A DNA stretch of 64,000 nucleotides from Camelus dromedarius. Its lineage: Eukaryota. The translations under genes were made by a program, and so were the position numbers. The stretch is from NCBI RefSeq assembly GCF_036321535.1, contig NC_087462.1:5084001-5148000 (forward strand), read 5' to 3'. The notes below the pieces were generated by a model. That model was given only the letters and a program-made list of their open reading frames with translations, searched no databases and was not told where the DNA came from. This document shows, piece after piece, positions 53,771 to 64,000 of the stretch. How positions within the stretch are numbered: position 1 is the first letter of the stretch; each line of letters starts with the position of its first letter.

Positions 53771-54520
53771 CACCATCGGCTCAGAGGCAGGGAAAAATGA
53801 GAAGGCAGGGGGAAGGCCTGTGGGGAGGAGGGCAGAAGGGATCAGAGGGAGGTGGCAGGAGGACAAATAAGGGTTGGAGGTGGTAAGGGAGGAGCGCGCT
53901 GACCTGAACTAGGGCCTGGGCTAGGGGCAGGAGGGTCCCTGCCCACGCTTTCCCCACACGGAAGGCGCCACACATCCTGGACACAGCAGCCATTGTCGCT
54001 CTTCAGGCTCTGTCTCCGGGGCCAGCTGCGCAGGGCATATTGGTATGCAGGATCCACCCCGTGGGCCCAGGAGAGCCTGCCCCACGGGGCCAGAACCCAA
54101 AGAGGGGCTCAGCACTAAAGAGGGGCTGGCAGCGGGGGAGTGAGGATGGCCAGATGGTGGGGGAGGGAGGAAAAGGGACACGGGGGTCTCCAAATCCAGG
54201 AGCGGACATGACACTCATGCTTGGCGGCTGGCCAATAGTAGAGCCACCTACACGCTGGGGTTGGGGTGGGGAGGATTCTCTTTCCACCCAGACTTCAGAG
54301 TCGGGGCCAGCCAGGCCGGTGAGTTTTGGAGAGGACAGGGCAGGATAAAGGCACGAAGATGGGAGGGGTCTGAGCGGGGAGGGGTTGGTCTTCTAACGCC
54401 CTCCCGCCTCGGGCTGCGGGCTCGGGGTCAGGATCCCGAACGCGGTCCAGGCCTGGCGGCGCCCCGTCTAATCAGCGCTGGGAGAGACCCCGCGGAGGGC
54501 CGGCTGGGGGCGCCGCACAG

Positions 54521-54684
54521 NNNNNNNNNNNNNNNNNNNNNNNNNNNNNNNNNNNNNNNNNNNNNNNNNNNNNNNNNNNNNNNNNNNNNNNNNNNNNNNN
54601 NNNNNNNNNNNNNNNNNNNNNNNNNNNNNNNNNNNNNNNNNNNNNNNNNNNNNNNNNNNNNNNNNNNNNNNNNNNNNNNNNNNN
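54521..54684. other. Assembly gap (164 N) inside the CTXN1 CDS
   Basis: Run of N. Confidence 1.
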
Positions 54685-54770
54685 CGCTGCTCCGCGTCCA
54701 GGCCTGCGCCCACCGGGGGCCCCGTCGACGGCGGCAGCGGCTCAGGGGACAGCGTCCACGTCGCGCTCAT
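54522..54770 (-). CDS. CTXN1: Cortexin-1 (82-aa single-TM brain protein); C-terminal two thirds in N gap
   Basis: MSATWTLSPEPLPPSTGPPVGAGLDAEQ(R) matches the cortexin-1 N-terminus. The 164-N gap 54521-54684 is within 1 nt of the 163 nt needed to complete an 82-aa CDS. Acceptor at 54791-54792 just upstream. Confidence 0.92.
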
Positions 54771-55906
54771 GGCTCACATCGCCGCGCGCCCTGCGGAGGA
54801 AGGGACCCGCCCAGGACGCGGGGATGAGGCTGCGCCCTCCCGTGCCCCCGCGTAGCCCTGTCGCCGCCGCCCCCTTACCTTGCGGAGCCCCAGCCGCCGC
54901 CTGCGCCTCCGTCCCCGGGCTACGCCCAAGGCCGGCCCGCGGGCACCCAACTCCGGGCGTGCACGCAGGTGGGGACGCTAAGAGCAGGGAGAGGGAGCCC
55001 CGACCCGGCCGGCCCGCGCACAACAGGTGCGAACGCGCGGCCCGGGCGGCGTGGCGGGGGCGAGACCCGGTTCTCCCGCCCCCCTCTCTTTGTTCTTGCG
55101 TCCCGTGGACCCCCCTCCCCCACCACCCTCGCCCCGCCGCGCCCCTCACCCTGGCTTCGACTGGGACGGGGACAGAGCGCCCGGCAGCCGCGCTCTCCTC
55201 CGGGACCCGCTTGGGCTCTGCTCTCGGCCTCTTCCCGGCAGCGGCGGCGGCGGCGGCGGCCCGGGTTCAGCCCACCTCACCCGCCCCTGGAGCGACGGAG
55301 ACCGAGGCAGGCGAGCCGCGCTCTAGCCGGGCCGCCGCGGCTGTTCCCATGGCGACGGGGGGGCGGGGCCGCCGCGGGGGGCGGAGGCTGCGCAGGGAGT
55401 GGCGCGCGGGCTCGCGACCCTGCCCCGCCCTCCGGGAGAACGAGCCCCAGCCCCAAGACGCTGGAGAGACCTCCGGGCCCAAGGAGCTATCAACACCCAG
55501 AACCTCGCCCTCCCTACCCCCACAAGCACCCCCAGAAATCCCCAGCCCGACTTCAGTTCCCACACCCTCATTCTCTGCGATTGACCCCTCACCCAAACTC
55601 CCTGTTTGGGGGATCCTAATGCCTCCGGAAACACATCAAGCATTCAGGAGCCTCCAGCTCCGGGGACCCCAACCCTCAGGAGACCGCAGCAGGTCATTGA
55701 AGGCCTCCTTAGCTTATCTCATCACCGTCTCCCCCACCCCCTCCACACACATCCAGGATAAGGTAAGGCTGCCCTCTCTTCTGCTGCAGTTCCTTCAGTG
55801 ACCATGACCGCCGGCCCCCCCCAGCCCTCTTCAGTCCCATCTCCCCCCACCCCAGTGACAGACAGCATGTGTTGACTACCCAAGCTGCTCTCCTGCACTC
55901 TGGTGT

Positions 55907-55912
55907 TTTATT
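55907..55912 (-). terminator. TIMM44 polyadenylation signal (AATAAA on minus strand)
   Basis: TTTATT on + strand about 400 nt past the TIMM44 stop. Confidence 0.65.
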
Positions 55913-56319
55913 ATTTCCAAGTCTCCAGCGTATGTACAGGATAATAATAAGGGCACTCTTTAAAAAAAAAAAAAAAAGGAGCTAAAACAGCCTGGCTGCT
56001 GTGGCCAGTGGGCCCAGGCCCCACCACTCTGTCCTGGGAGGCAGTCCCTGGGCTAGGGACCCCTTGGCACTGTCTGGTTTGTGTGGCTCTGTGGCCCACC
56101 GGTCAGCAGCCCCCATGGGGCAGAGGGCGGTGCAGGGGCTGGTGCTGTAGCCCCCTCCCCGCCCTGCTCCATCCAGCTAGCTTTGCAGCCACCCTGGCAG
56201 AGTGGGGGCAGAGCCGACAGTCCTGGGCCTAGTGGTCTAGCTGCTGCAGGTGGACACCAGTCTGTTGCGTGTCTGCAGTGACGATCCTGCCCCAGAGCCC
56301 CTGGTCATGGCCACCGTGC

Positions 56320-59300
56320 TCAGAGGACCTGCTCTGTGCTGGAGGCAGAGATGTCCAAGAGCCGCCAGGCTGCGTAGGGGTTGAGCTCGTCCTGGTCTCG
56401 GCAGAGTGCCCACACGTACAACATCCGCAGGACCTTGTCCTGCAGAACCAGGAATTGGTGAGGGCTGGAGGCAGACAGTGGGCTCGGCACCCACACTGGG
56501 ACGAGGGGCTGTCGAGGGGCAGGGCAGGTTCAGGACACTGGGGAGATGCTGGGAGGGGCTGGAGATGAGGGGTGCTGGGTTATTGGCCCAAGTCTGGGGG
56601 GTCCCAAGCAGAGACTGAGACAGAGGCTGTAACTCAGGACTTGGTAAAACCAGACGGATCAGCCGCCTCTAACCTCCAGCAGGCCCACCTAGGGCCCTGG
56701 GACTTCTCAAGGCACTGCCCTGCCGTCCCCACGCAGTCCCTGACTGAACCGCCATCAGGGCAAGGCAGCCCACCCAGCAGTTCCTGCCCATCCTCTCCCT
56801 CGCTCACTCACCGGGTCGCCCTCAACCACCTCGCCCTTGGGGTTCTTTATCACCATCACCAACTGGGCCTGGAAGGTGATGATCAGCACGGGCCCCTGCT
56901 CCATCATCTTGCCCATGGCCAGCTGCAGGGGGACCAAGAGAGCGAGCAGGTCTCAGAGGATAGTCCCAGGACCCTTCTCTGCTGCTCCCATCCAGGTGCG
57001 GACCCCCACTTCCCAGGACATGGCCAGGAGGAGCCCTCGGCACCTCGACATATCGGGCCAGCCCCCAGAAAGAGCCCGAGGACCCGCCTGAGCCCAAACC
57101 CCAGGGCTGCCCCTTCCCACTGGCCCACTTCCAGGTGGGCACTTCCCAATTGTGAGCTGGAGTCTGAGCTGCTGACGACCCACGTAGGCTCCCCAGATTG
57201 AGGCTGTGTGGGCGCAGGGAGGCTTCACGGGGACGGCCTGTGTGCACACAGTTCGGTCAGAGGGGAGTGGGCACCGGCCCACCTTCAGCCCTCCTCGGGG
57301 AGGAAATTGTGGCGGAGCAGACTCCTGGGGGCCTGAGCCTCCCTGACAAAGCCCCCACCCTTCTCAGTTCAAGTGCAGGGGCAGCACTGCCTTCAGGGAC
57401 CTCGGGGGGGCCCTAGGTCTGGGCAGCAGCACCCCCAGGGCCACCCCTTGCCTAAGAAGCCCCAATTGCAGAGCTATGGAAACCTCTCACTGAAAGGATC
57501 CTCCAGGTCATTTAATCCAAATGCTGCAGCTCCTTAGGGGACAGGGAGCTCACCCCTCCCTGCTGAGCACCTTCCCCACCCCGGGGTCGACTGGGCCCCC
57601 CTGGGAAAAAGCACTCACGTCGATGTTGTCAATGTCCAGGATGCGGGAGTGGAACTGGAGGCCCAGCGCCTTGGCCTGCTGGATCGGGTGGGCCAGCTGG
57701 CTGTAGGTCTGCAACAAGAAGCCAGATATCCCCACGTGGCCGGCCACCCGCATGCGCAAGCCACGCCAGGGCACCACACCCCTCGGGGGCTGGTGGCCGA
57801 GGACTAGGAAACTCCCTGCCGGTGGGCTCAACAGCACGGTTTCCATGCTTCCAGCCCACACACCTTCCAGAAACAGCTCCCAGTGCCTGGGTGTGTTGCG
57901 CCAGGGGTGGCAGATGCCAGGAGCACAGGTCCAAGCAGGGAGGCTGGTGCCATCATTGCGCTAATGAAAGCGGTATTAGTCAGGGAGCTCGGTGATGCTC
58001 CTGGAACGCGACCTGAAACACACTCCCAGCGGGAAGTTGGGGCCTCTCTGGCTGCTCTTGGACATCCCAATGCTCACCTCACTGTGCGTCCTGGCCTGGA
58101 ACCAAACGTTTTTTCTAGGATTCATCCTACCCCACGGCTGCCCAGGCGCCAGCTGCCTGGGTCCAACTCCTTCTCACCGACCTGCCCTGTGGGTAGCCGT
58201 CAGCCACAGGCACCCTGCTCTTCCTCTGGGGTGCAGGGGCCCCCCAAATGACACCCTCATCCCCTTGTGCCTGCTCCCTAGCCCCAGGCACAGCCCCGGT
58301 GACACATGCAGCCTCGTATCTCAACAAGCAACCACGATGGCAGACATCCCAAAGGCATCCACCTTTTATGGAAATAACTGATCCGAGTTTAAAAAAAAAA
58401 AGGTGCCAATCCGACTTTGTGTGTGGTTTCTTGGAGATGACATTTTAAAAATACCCCCGTGTGAGTGGCTGCAACTTCATCTGCGTTTCCAGGGGCACCA
58501 GCAGCTCTCTGGCAGAGATAACCAGCACATCCTAATGGTCCCAAAGTTAAAAAAAAAAAAAAGAAAGAAAGAAAGGAAAAAAAAAACACTCATAAATGCC
58601 TGCTGGATTAGTCACCGTGCAGGGGAGTATTTGAAAAGAAAATCTGACATCTCCTCTGCTTTTTCCAAGTTGTTTGTGAGCTGAGTACAGAATAGAATCA
58701 GCCAAGAGACTCTGGATTGCTCAATATAAAGAAGCCAGGGGTAAAAAACCAAACCCCAAGAAGCGCAGGTCAGGGAGTAAGCAGGGTGAGGTGAAGTGGA
58801 CTGAGAGACAGACGGGAGCCCCATTGTGACAAGATGGCTTCCAAGAACGGGCAGGGCGGACAGTGTGCTCTGAAGGATGCCTGACCCTCTGCCACACGGT
58901 CCAGGTCAGCCTGTGGCCTGGGACCTGGAGCCCCTCCTCTGGACACAGGCTTCTCCCCGGGTGGTAATCTATCCATGTCTGTCTTGATCTGTGTTTCAGG
59001 TTCTCACAATGAGAACAGCTGATAAATCTGTCTGGCGCCGCGCATTCTGGAGCTGCTCCTGTGTCTGCACTGCACCCTCATGACTCCAACGATGCACCTC
59101 TGGCCCAGGGAAGGGAGGTGACGCGGGCCCGGGGCCTCACACCCTGCTTGCTGTCCAGCACCCGCAACCCCTGAGCACCAGGGGAGTATCTAATGCGCCC
59201 CAGAGCTAGCCGCTGTCCCTCGCCCTGGCCTGCAGCCACCCCCACCCCAGGGCCCCCCACCCTGGCGGGCCCTTCCCAGGATGAGCCTCCTGAGCAGATC

Positions 59301-60916
59301 CTCTCCAAACTGTGATTTCTTTTTAGGACTATATAGAAAAAAGAACGAAAGAAAGAAAAAAGCGAGCACTCACTGCTTCATAACACCAGTCTTTGAGAAT
59401 GTCAAGCTCTCCAGAAATCATGGCCTAAAAAGGGAAGGAAAAAAGAAGCGTGAGAATGAGTGGGCTTCTGAGGCAGGAAAGCTCTGGAGAATGTTCTCCA
59501 GTGAGCACCTTTCCTCTGCAGACCCCCACCCCGAGGGTCTCAGTCAGGTGAGACCGGGTCAGGCTGCAGGAGGAGCGGAGCTCCTGCATGTGCGCAGGGA
59601 GCTCAAGCCTTTCTCAGGACAACAGGGCAGACTGGGGTGGGTCCCGAGGGTTTGGTGGAAGAAGAGAAGGGGACACTGTTTTGGGCTCTCACCCTGGCTA
59701 GGAAACTGAGCCAAGGAGGACAGGAATGGCCTCCTGCCTCCCCTGGAGATGAAGCTTTGGGCCGTCAGGCCCCGCGCCCAGGTGGGGCAGGGGGGAAGTG
59801 GCGGGAGGATTCCCGGGGTGCGATGAGGGAAGCTTCCACAGGAAGGACTACGCGGAGGCAGCCCAGGAGGAGGGAACAGGCATCCACATGGGACTGGATG
59901 GGCTGCCTGCAGGCGTTCCGAAGGCCTCTGGCTTGGCTCAGTGCAGGATGCCCGGGCTCCAGCCAGGGCTGGGGGCCAGAGACGGGCAGAGAGGAGGCAG
60001 GGAAAGAGCAGCCGACTGCGGGCAGGGGCCTCATGGAGGGTGACCTTGAGCAAGCCACCCCCTCCTCGCTTATGAGCCAAAAGGAAAGGCAAGAGGACCA
60101 GAAGATAGGATTCAGGACCCTACAGAGGGAAAGCCCCCTGGGCTGCTGTGGTGGTCCTGCCTTCCTGCCCTGAGGGGCTTCCCCAAGGCCCTCAGGCTCC
60201 CCAAGGGGCAGCAGCCAGCTTCCCCCACCCCTGAAAAGTCCCTGAAACACAAACACCTGGTCCCTCACAACTACTTTAGGAAGAGGGCTCCGCAGAGAGC
60301 CAGGAGCTCCCGGCTCCAGTGCGTGTGAGGGACTCAGTCCCTGGGGCGGGCACACCCTGTGGACAGGGAAGAGCGGTCAGAGCTGCAGCCCGGGGACCTG
60401 CGGGGCCACAGATGTCCTCCTTCTCAGAGCTGCTTGTCCGACAATGGCCGGGCATGGGGTGGTCAGGCCTCTCAAGATCAGAGCAAAGACTGCTTCCATA
60501 GCCAAGTGCCCCTGGAACTTCCCACTGGGCCCCAGCACCAGCCATGCGCACACACGAGGTGGGGGGTTGGGGCAGGCCCACGGGGCTTGGCGCCCAGCAC
60601 CCACCTCCAGGACGTTTGGGATGATGTCATTCTCACACTGCTGCAGGAAGCGCTCCTTGTCAAAGGCGGGGTCTACCCGCAGGATCTCCGTGAGCACCTC
60701 CGACATCTCCGTCTTCGAGAACAGGCCCCCTGGGTGCAACCGAGCCAGGGGTGGGGTGAGGGCTGGGGACCCCTCCCTGCTGCCGGCGTGGGTGGGGGGA
60801 CAGTCCTGGGGCAGCCCACTCACCCAGCAAGTCTGTGACCTTGTCCGTCAGCACGCGGGACGCCCGGATGAAAGCGTTGTCACTTTCGTCATACTTCATC
60901 TTCATCTCGAAGAACC
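56320..60916 (-). CDS. TIMM44: Mitochondrial import inner membrane translocase subunit TIM44, last six exons (5'-partial)
   Basis: Exons 60916-60824, 60729-60605, 59424-59374, 57708-57619, 56922-56812, 56439-56320 (TGA). FFEMKMKYDESDNAFIRASR...AMISGELDILKDWCYEA...GPVLIITFQAQ...WRLLDISASSTEQVL. Confidence 0.97.
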
Positions 60917-61016
60917 CTGCAGGGGGCAGGGTCAGGAGTCAGGGGCTCTTCCAGAAGGACATGCCCACTCCATCGTGGGCCCCCATGCAGATCAGGAAAA
61001 TGGGGGGGCACCTCTG

Positions 61017-61216
61017 NNNNNNNNNNNNNNNNNNNNNNNNNNNNNNNNNNNNNNNNNNNNNNNNNNNNNNNNNNNNNNNNNNNNNNNNNNNNNNNNNNNN
61101 NNNNNNNNNNNNNNNNNNNNNNNNNNNNNNNNNNNNNNNNNNNNNNNNNNNNNNNNNNNNNNNNNNNNNNNNNNNNNNNNNNNNNNNNNNNNNNNNNNNN
61201 NNNNNNNNNNNNNNNN
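61017..61216. other. Assembly gap (exactly 200 N) joining TIMM44 intron to FBN3 intron
   Basis: Run of N of round length; synteny jumps across it. Confidence 1.
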
Positions 61217-61444
61217 AGGTGGTAACTTTGGCTGTGAGTATGTGCATAAAGGGTGAGAATGAGTGTGTACTGTGGGTATGTGTGTCTGAGTGTGTACCAA
61301 CAAGTGTGTATAACCGTGAAACTAAATATCTATGTCTTTGAGTGTGAATTTGTCTTTGAGTGCGTGTGGCTACACACGTATACCGTGCAGCATGCATGTG
61401 CCTGAGTGTGTCTGTGTGTACACACGTGCCCCTGGGGCCCGTAC

Positions 61445-63559
61445 CTTCACAGGTCTCCGTGTCTTGCTGGAAGCTGAACCCCTGGGGGCAGGAGCAGCTG
61501 TAGCTGCCGGGGCTGTTTCGGCACCACCCGTTGTCACACAGGAGGCTGTTGAGGGCACACTCATCCACGTCTACAGGGTGAGGGGGGGAGCACAGTGAGG
61601 GGTGTGATGCGGGGGCAGCCCATCCGCCTGCCCGTCCCCCCGCCGGGCTCACTCACCTGCGCACTCCTTGCCACCCGCGCTTGCCTCGTAGCCAAGGTTG
61701 CAGATGCAGCGGTAGCTGCCCCGCAGGTTCTCACAAATGCCATTGGCACAGACATCGGGGTCGAGGGCACACTCGTTGATGTCTGCAGCCGGAGGAGGGT
61801 GTCAGCAAGCTGCCCTGGCTCCCTGGGGGCTCCAGAAGCCAGGATTCCCCCCACCCTCCCGGGAACAGACATTGATACAGAAGCAACATAATTTTTAAAA
61901 AGCGCCATCATAATCACTCACATTATAGGATGCTTTGTAACATGCCAAGCATAACTCATTTGATCCTGATAACACTCCTGAAATGGGTCTTGTTATTATC
62001 TCCACTTTACAGACAAGGAGGCACAGAGGCAGTAACTTGCCCAACTTGTTCAATCAGTAAATAGTAGGGCCAGGATTGAACCCCAGGCGTCTGGTTCCAG
62101 AACCTGTCCCTTTAACTGGGGGAAGTGGGGGGCAGACATCTGTTCTCTCTGATGGCCCAGCAGTTGATGAGAAATTTGAGTGTATCCTAAGTCCTTTCAT
62201 TTCGTGATCAGGCAGAAAGACTGCTTCAGGAAGGAATGGTGTCATAGCTTCGAGTCCTAACCCTCAGGATATCAGCATGTGACCTTATTTGGAGATAAAG
62301 GCTTTACAGTGATGATCCAGTTAAAATGAGGTCATTAGGGTGGACCTGCAAACTATTCCAATATGACTGTATCCTTATGAAAGGGGGAAATTTGGGCCCA
62401 GACACACAAAGGGAGAACCCCAGGCCAGGATGACAGCAGAGGCCAAGGTGATGCTTCTCTGAGCCAAACGGAGAGCGAACCACCAGCAGCTGTGGGAGAG
62501 ACACAGGACAGACTCTCCCAGCCTCAGAGGGAGCCAGCCCTGTTCACACCTCGACCTTGGACTTCAGCCTCCAGAGCTGAAGTGCAAATGCCTGTCGTTG
62601 AAGCCCTGCGCCTGTGGTATCATTACTGCAGCCCCAGCGAACTGATGTAGTGTCCAACCACGGCCCCGCCCCTCTGCCCTGGCACCCACTGCCCTGCTCA
62701 CCTCTGCCATCCGTGGTGATGCCGAGACCGCTGCTGCACAGGGCCTGGAACTCGGCTGAGGAGGCAGGAGCGGCGAGAGGGGTCACTGGCCATTGCTGAG
62801 CCCAAGCCAGGCCCAAGGGCATGGCCCCTTGGTGCCGAGCCAGGATCTGGGACTAAGATGCCTCTCCCGACAGAAAGAGCCACTTCACTTCAGTCTCTTC
62901 ATGGGGAAGGACACTCCCTTATCCACCCTTTGAGAGCCGAGACTCTCCTCCCCTCCTGTCCCCAGGCTGATAAACTAAAAGCGAGGACTAAGCAGAGCAG
63001 GGCCATGGAAAGCGGGTGGGGGCTGGGCAGCCGATGCTCACCTGAGTCCTTGGCAGGACACAGCTGGCAGGGCTCGCCAAATCCGTGGTCCGGGCTCGCA
63101 CAGCAGCACTCAGATTTGGTGACGGCGCCAGGGAAGGGGCGGGCGCAGGAGCCCTTGTCGCGGGCCCCGTAGCACGTGCTGCGCACGTGGGTGTCCACGC
63201 ACACGCGGCCATCGGCGCCCACCGCCAGCCCCCCGAGGCAGTGGCAGCGGAATGAGCCCTCCGTGTTGGTACAGCGTCCGTTCATGCAGATGCCCGGCGT
63301 CTGGCACTCGTCGATGTCTGCAGATGTGTGGGACACTGGGCCAGGTCCCAGCCCCCTGCCACCCGCCCTTCCAGCCTCCCCTCTCCCCTTCCTCCCTATC
63401 TTCACTGCTCCCTGGTGGTCCAGCCACCAGCCTCACCCACACAGTGGCGGCCGCTGGGCGCCAGCAGGAAGCCGGGTTTGCAGAGGCAAGTGAAGCTGCC
63501 ATCCTCATTCAGGCACACACCATTGGCACACATGGTGGTAGTGGCACACTCATTGTGGT
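61445..63559 (-). CDS. FBN3: Fibrillin-3, five internal exons (cbEGF, cbEGF+TB, TB tail, cbEGF, cbEGF); partial at both ends
   Basis: Phase-1 exons 63559-63437, 63317-63042, 62755-62702, 61782-61657, 61570-61445, all open with canonical sites. cbEGF consensus ([25 protein letters not shown]) and 8-Cys TB domain ([22 protein letters not shown]). Assigned to FBN3 from the [11 protein letters not shown] exon, the fused 276-nt exon and synteny. Confidence 0.9.
61930..62110 (-). mobile_element. MIR SINE
   Basis: ACTCATTTGATCCT...ATTATCTCCACTTTACAGACAAGGAG...AGTAACTTGCCCAA...GGATTGAACCCCAGG. Confidence 0.65.
62240..62645 (+). mobile_element. MLT1-family MaLR solo LTR
   Basis: Typical MLT1 strings: ATGTGACCTTATTTGGAGATAAAGG, AAAATGAGGTCATTAGGGTGG, CCTTGGACTTCAGCCTCCAGAGCTG. 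Confidence 0.8.
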
Positions 63560-63799
63560 CTGGGGACACCGAGAGAAACTGGGTTCCAGCAGGGTCCCGG
63601 AACCCACCCCTCACTGGGTCAGTCCGACCAGGTAGACCAGCCCCGCCCTCTCACTTCTCCAGGGACCCTTCCCGGTGCGGCTGTCCGTGACTGTCTGCTT
63701 GGATATTGGCCTGATGGACTGTGAACTCCCCGGGGCAGGAGGGGCATTGCCTCTTCACACCTGCTTCTTCCACGCTGGCACATGTAGGTGCCTCATAGT

Positions 63800-63885
63800 T
63801 TTACAAAGCTGAATCAGTGAGATGCTGGCTGCATAGCACTGCACTTAATGCCACCAAATTGTTCCTTTTAAAATGGTTAAAAAGG
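63800..63885 (+). mobile_element. L1M 3' terminal fragment adjoining the SINE
   Basis: GCACTTAATGCCACCAAATTGTTCCTTTTAAAATGGTTAA matches L1MB/MC 3' ends. Confidence 0.5.
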
Positions 63886-63887
63886 TC

Positions 63888-63978
63888 GGGGGAGGGTATA
63901 GCACAAGTGGTGAGCGCATGCTTAGCATGCATGAGGTCCTGAGTTCAATCCCCAGTACCTCCTCCAAAAATAAATAAA
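63888..63978 (+). mobile_element. tRNA-derived SINE, camelid type (Vic-1-like)
   Basis: GGGGAGGGTATAGCACAAGTGG (A box) ... GTTCAATCCCCAGTACCTCC (B box) with an A-rich tail AAAAATAAATAAA. Confidence 0.8.
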
Positions 63979-64000
63979 CCAAATATCCCCCCCAAAAAAA

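Larger units (their letters stand above)
54400..55450 (-). promoter_or_regulatory. CTXN1 CpG island, promoter and 5'UTR exon(s)
   Basis: CpG-dense; candidate minus-strand donors AAG|GTAAGG (54878) and AGG|GTGAGG (55149); short GGC repeat near 55241-55260. Confidence 0.6.

Noticed and set aside
54824-55801. 325-aa plus-strand ORF in the CTXN1 CpG island
   Set aside because: Low-complexity Pro/Ala/Arg sequence typical of CpG islands; no coding features.
56320-63559. FBN3-TIMM44 fusion gene (same strand, compatible phase-1 exons)
   Set aside because: The junction is an unsized 200-N gap; an assembly join is far more likely than a fusion.
63888-63978. tRNA gene
   Set aside because: Has A and B boxes but no cloverleaf acceptor stem and ends in an A-rich tail; a diverged second copy shows it is a SINE.

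Overview
Mammalian genomic DNA, GC-rich and gene-dense, syntenic with human 19p13.2. Two short tRNA-derived SINEs of the camelid type suggest a camel, alpaca or llama; this species call is inference. Gene order: 3' part of EVI5L (+), PRR36 (-), LRRC8E (+), MAP2K7 (+; exon 1 CDS and probably exon 2 hidden in N gaps), TGFBR3L (+), SNAPC2 (+), CTXN1 (-; partly in a gap), the last six exons of TIMM44 (-), and after a 200-N gap five internal exons of FBN3 (-). Exons were placed by hand from GT/AG boundaries and frame continuity. There is no prokaryotic-type system and no clearly new gene. The most interesting points are: (1) an Lhb-like PITX/SF-1/EGR1 motif cluster squeezed between the MAP2K7 poly(A) signal and a signal-peptide exon of TGFBR3L; (2) an in-frame alternative MAP2K7 C-terminus about 1.8 kb into the 3'UTR; (3) a frame ambiguity in the TGFBR3L cytoplasmic-tail exon; (4) a start-stop uORF 3 nt before the CTXN1 ATG; (5) a Thr-to-Met change at a family-conserved LRRC8 position; (6) a shortened PRR36 repeat tract; and (7) a synteny jump from TIMM44 to FBN3 across a round-number gap, probably an assembly join. 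All comparisons with human and mouse sequences are from memory and need alignment to confirm.
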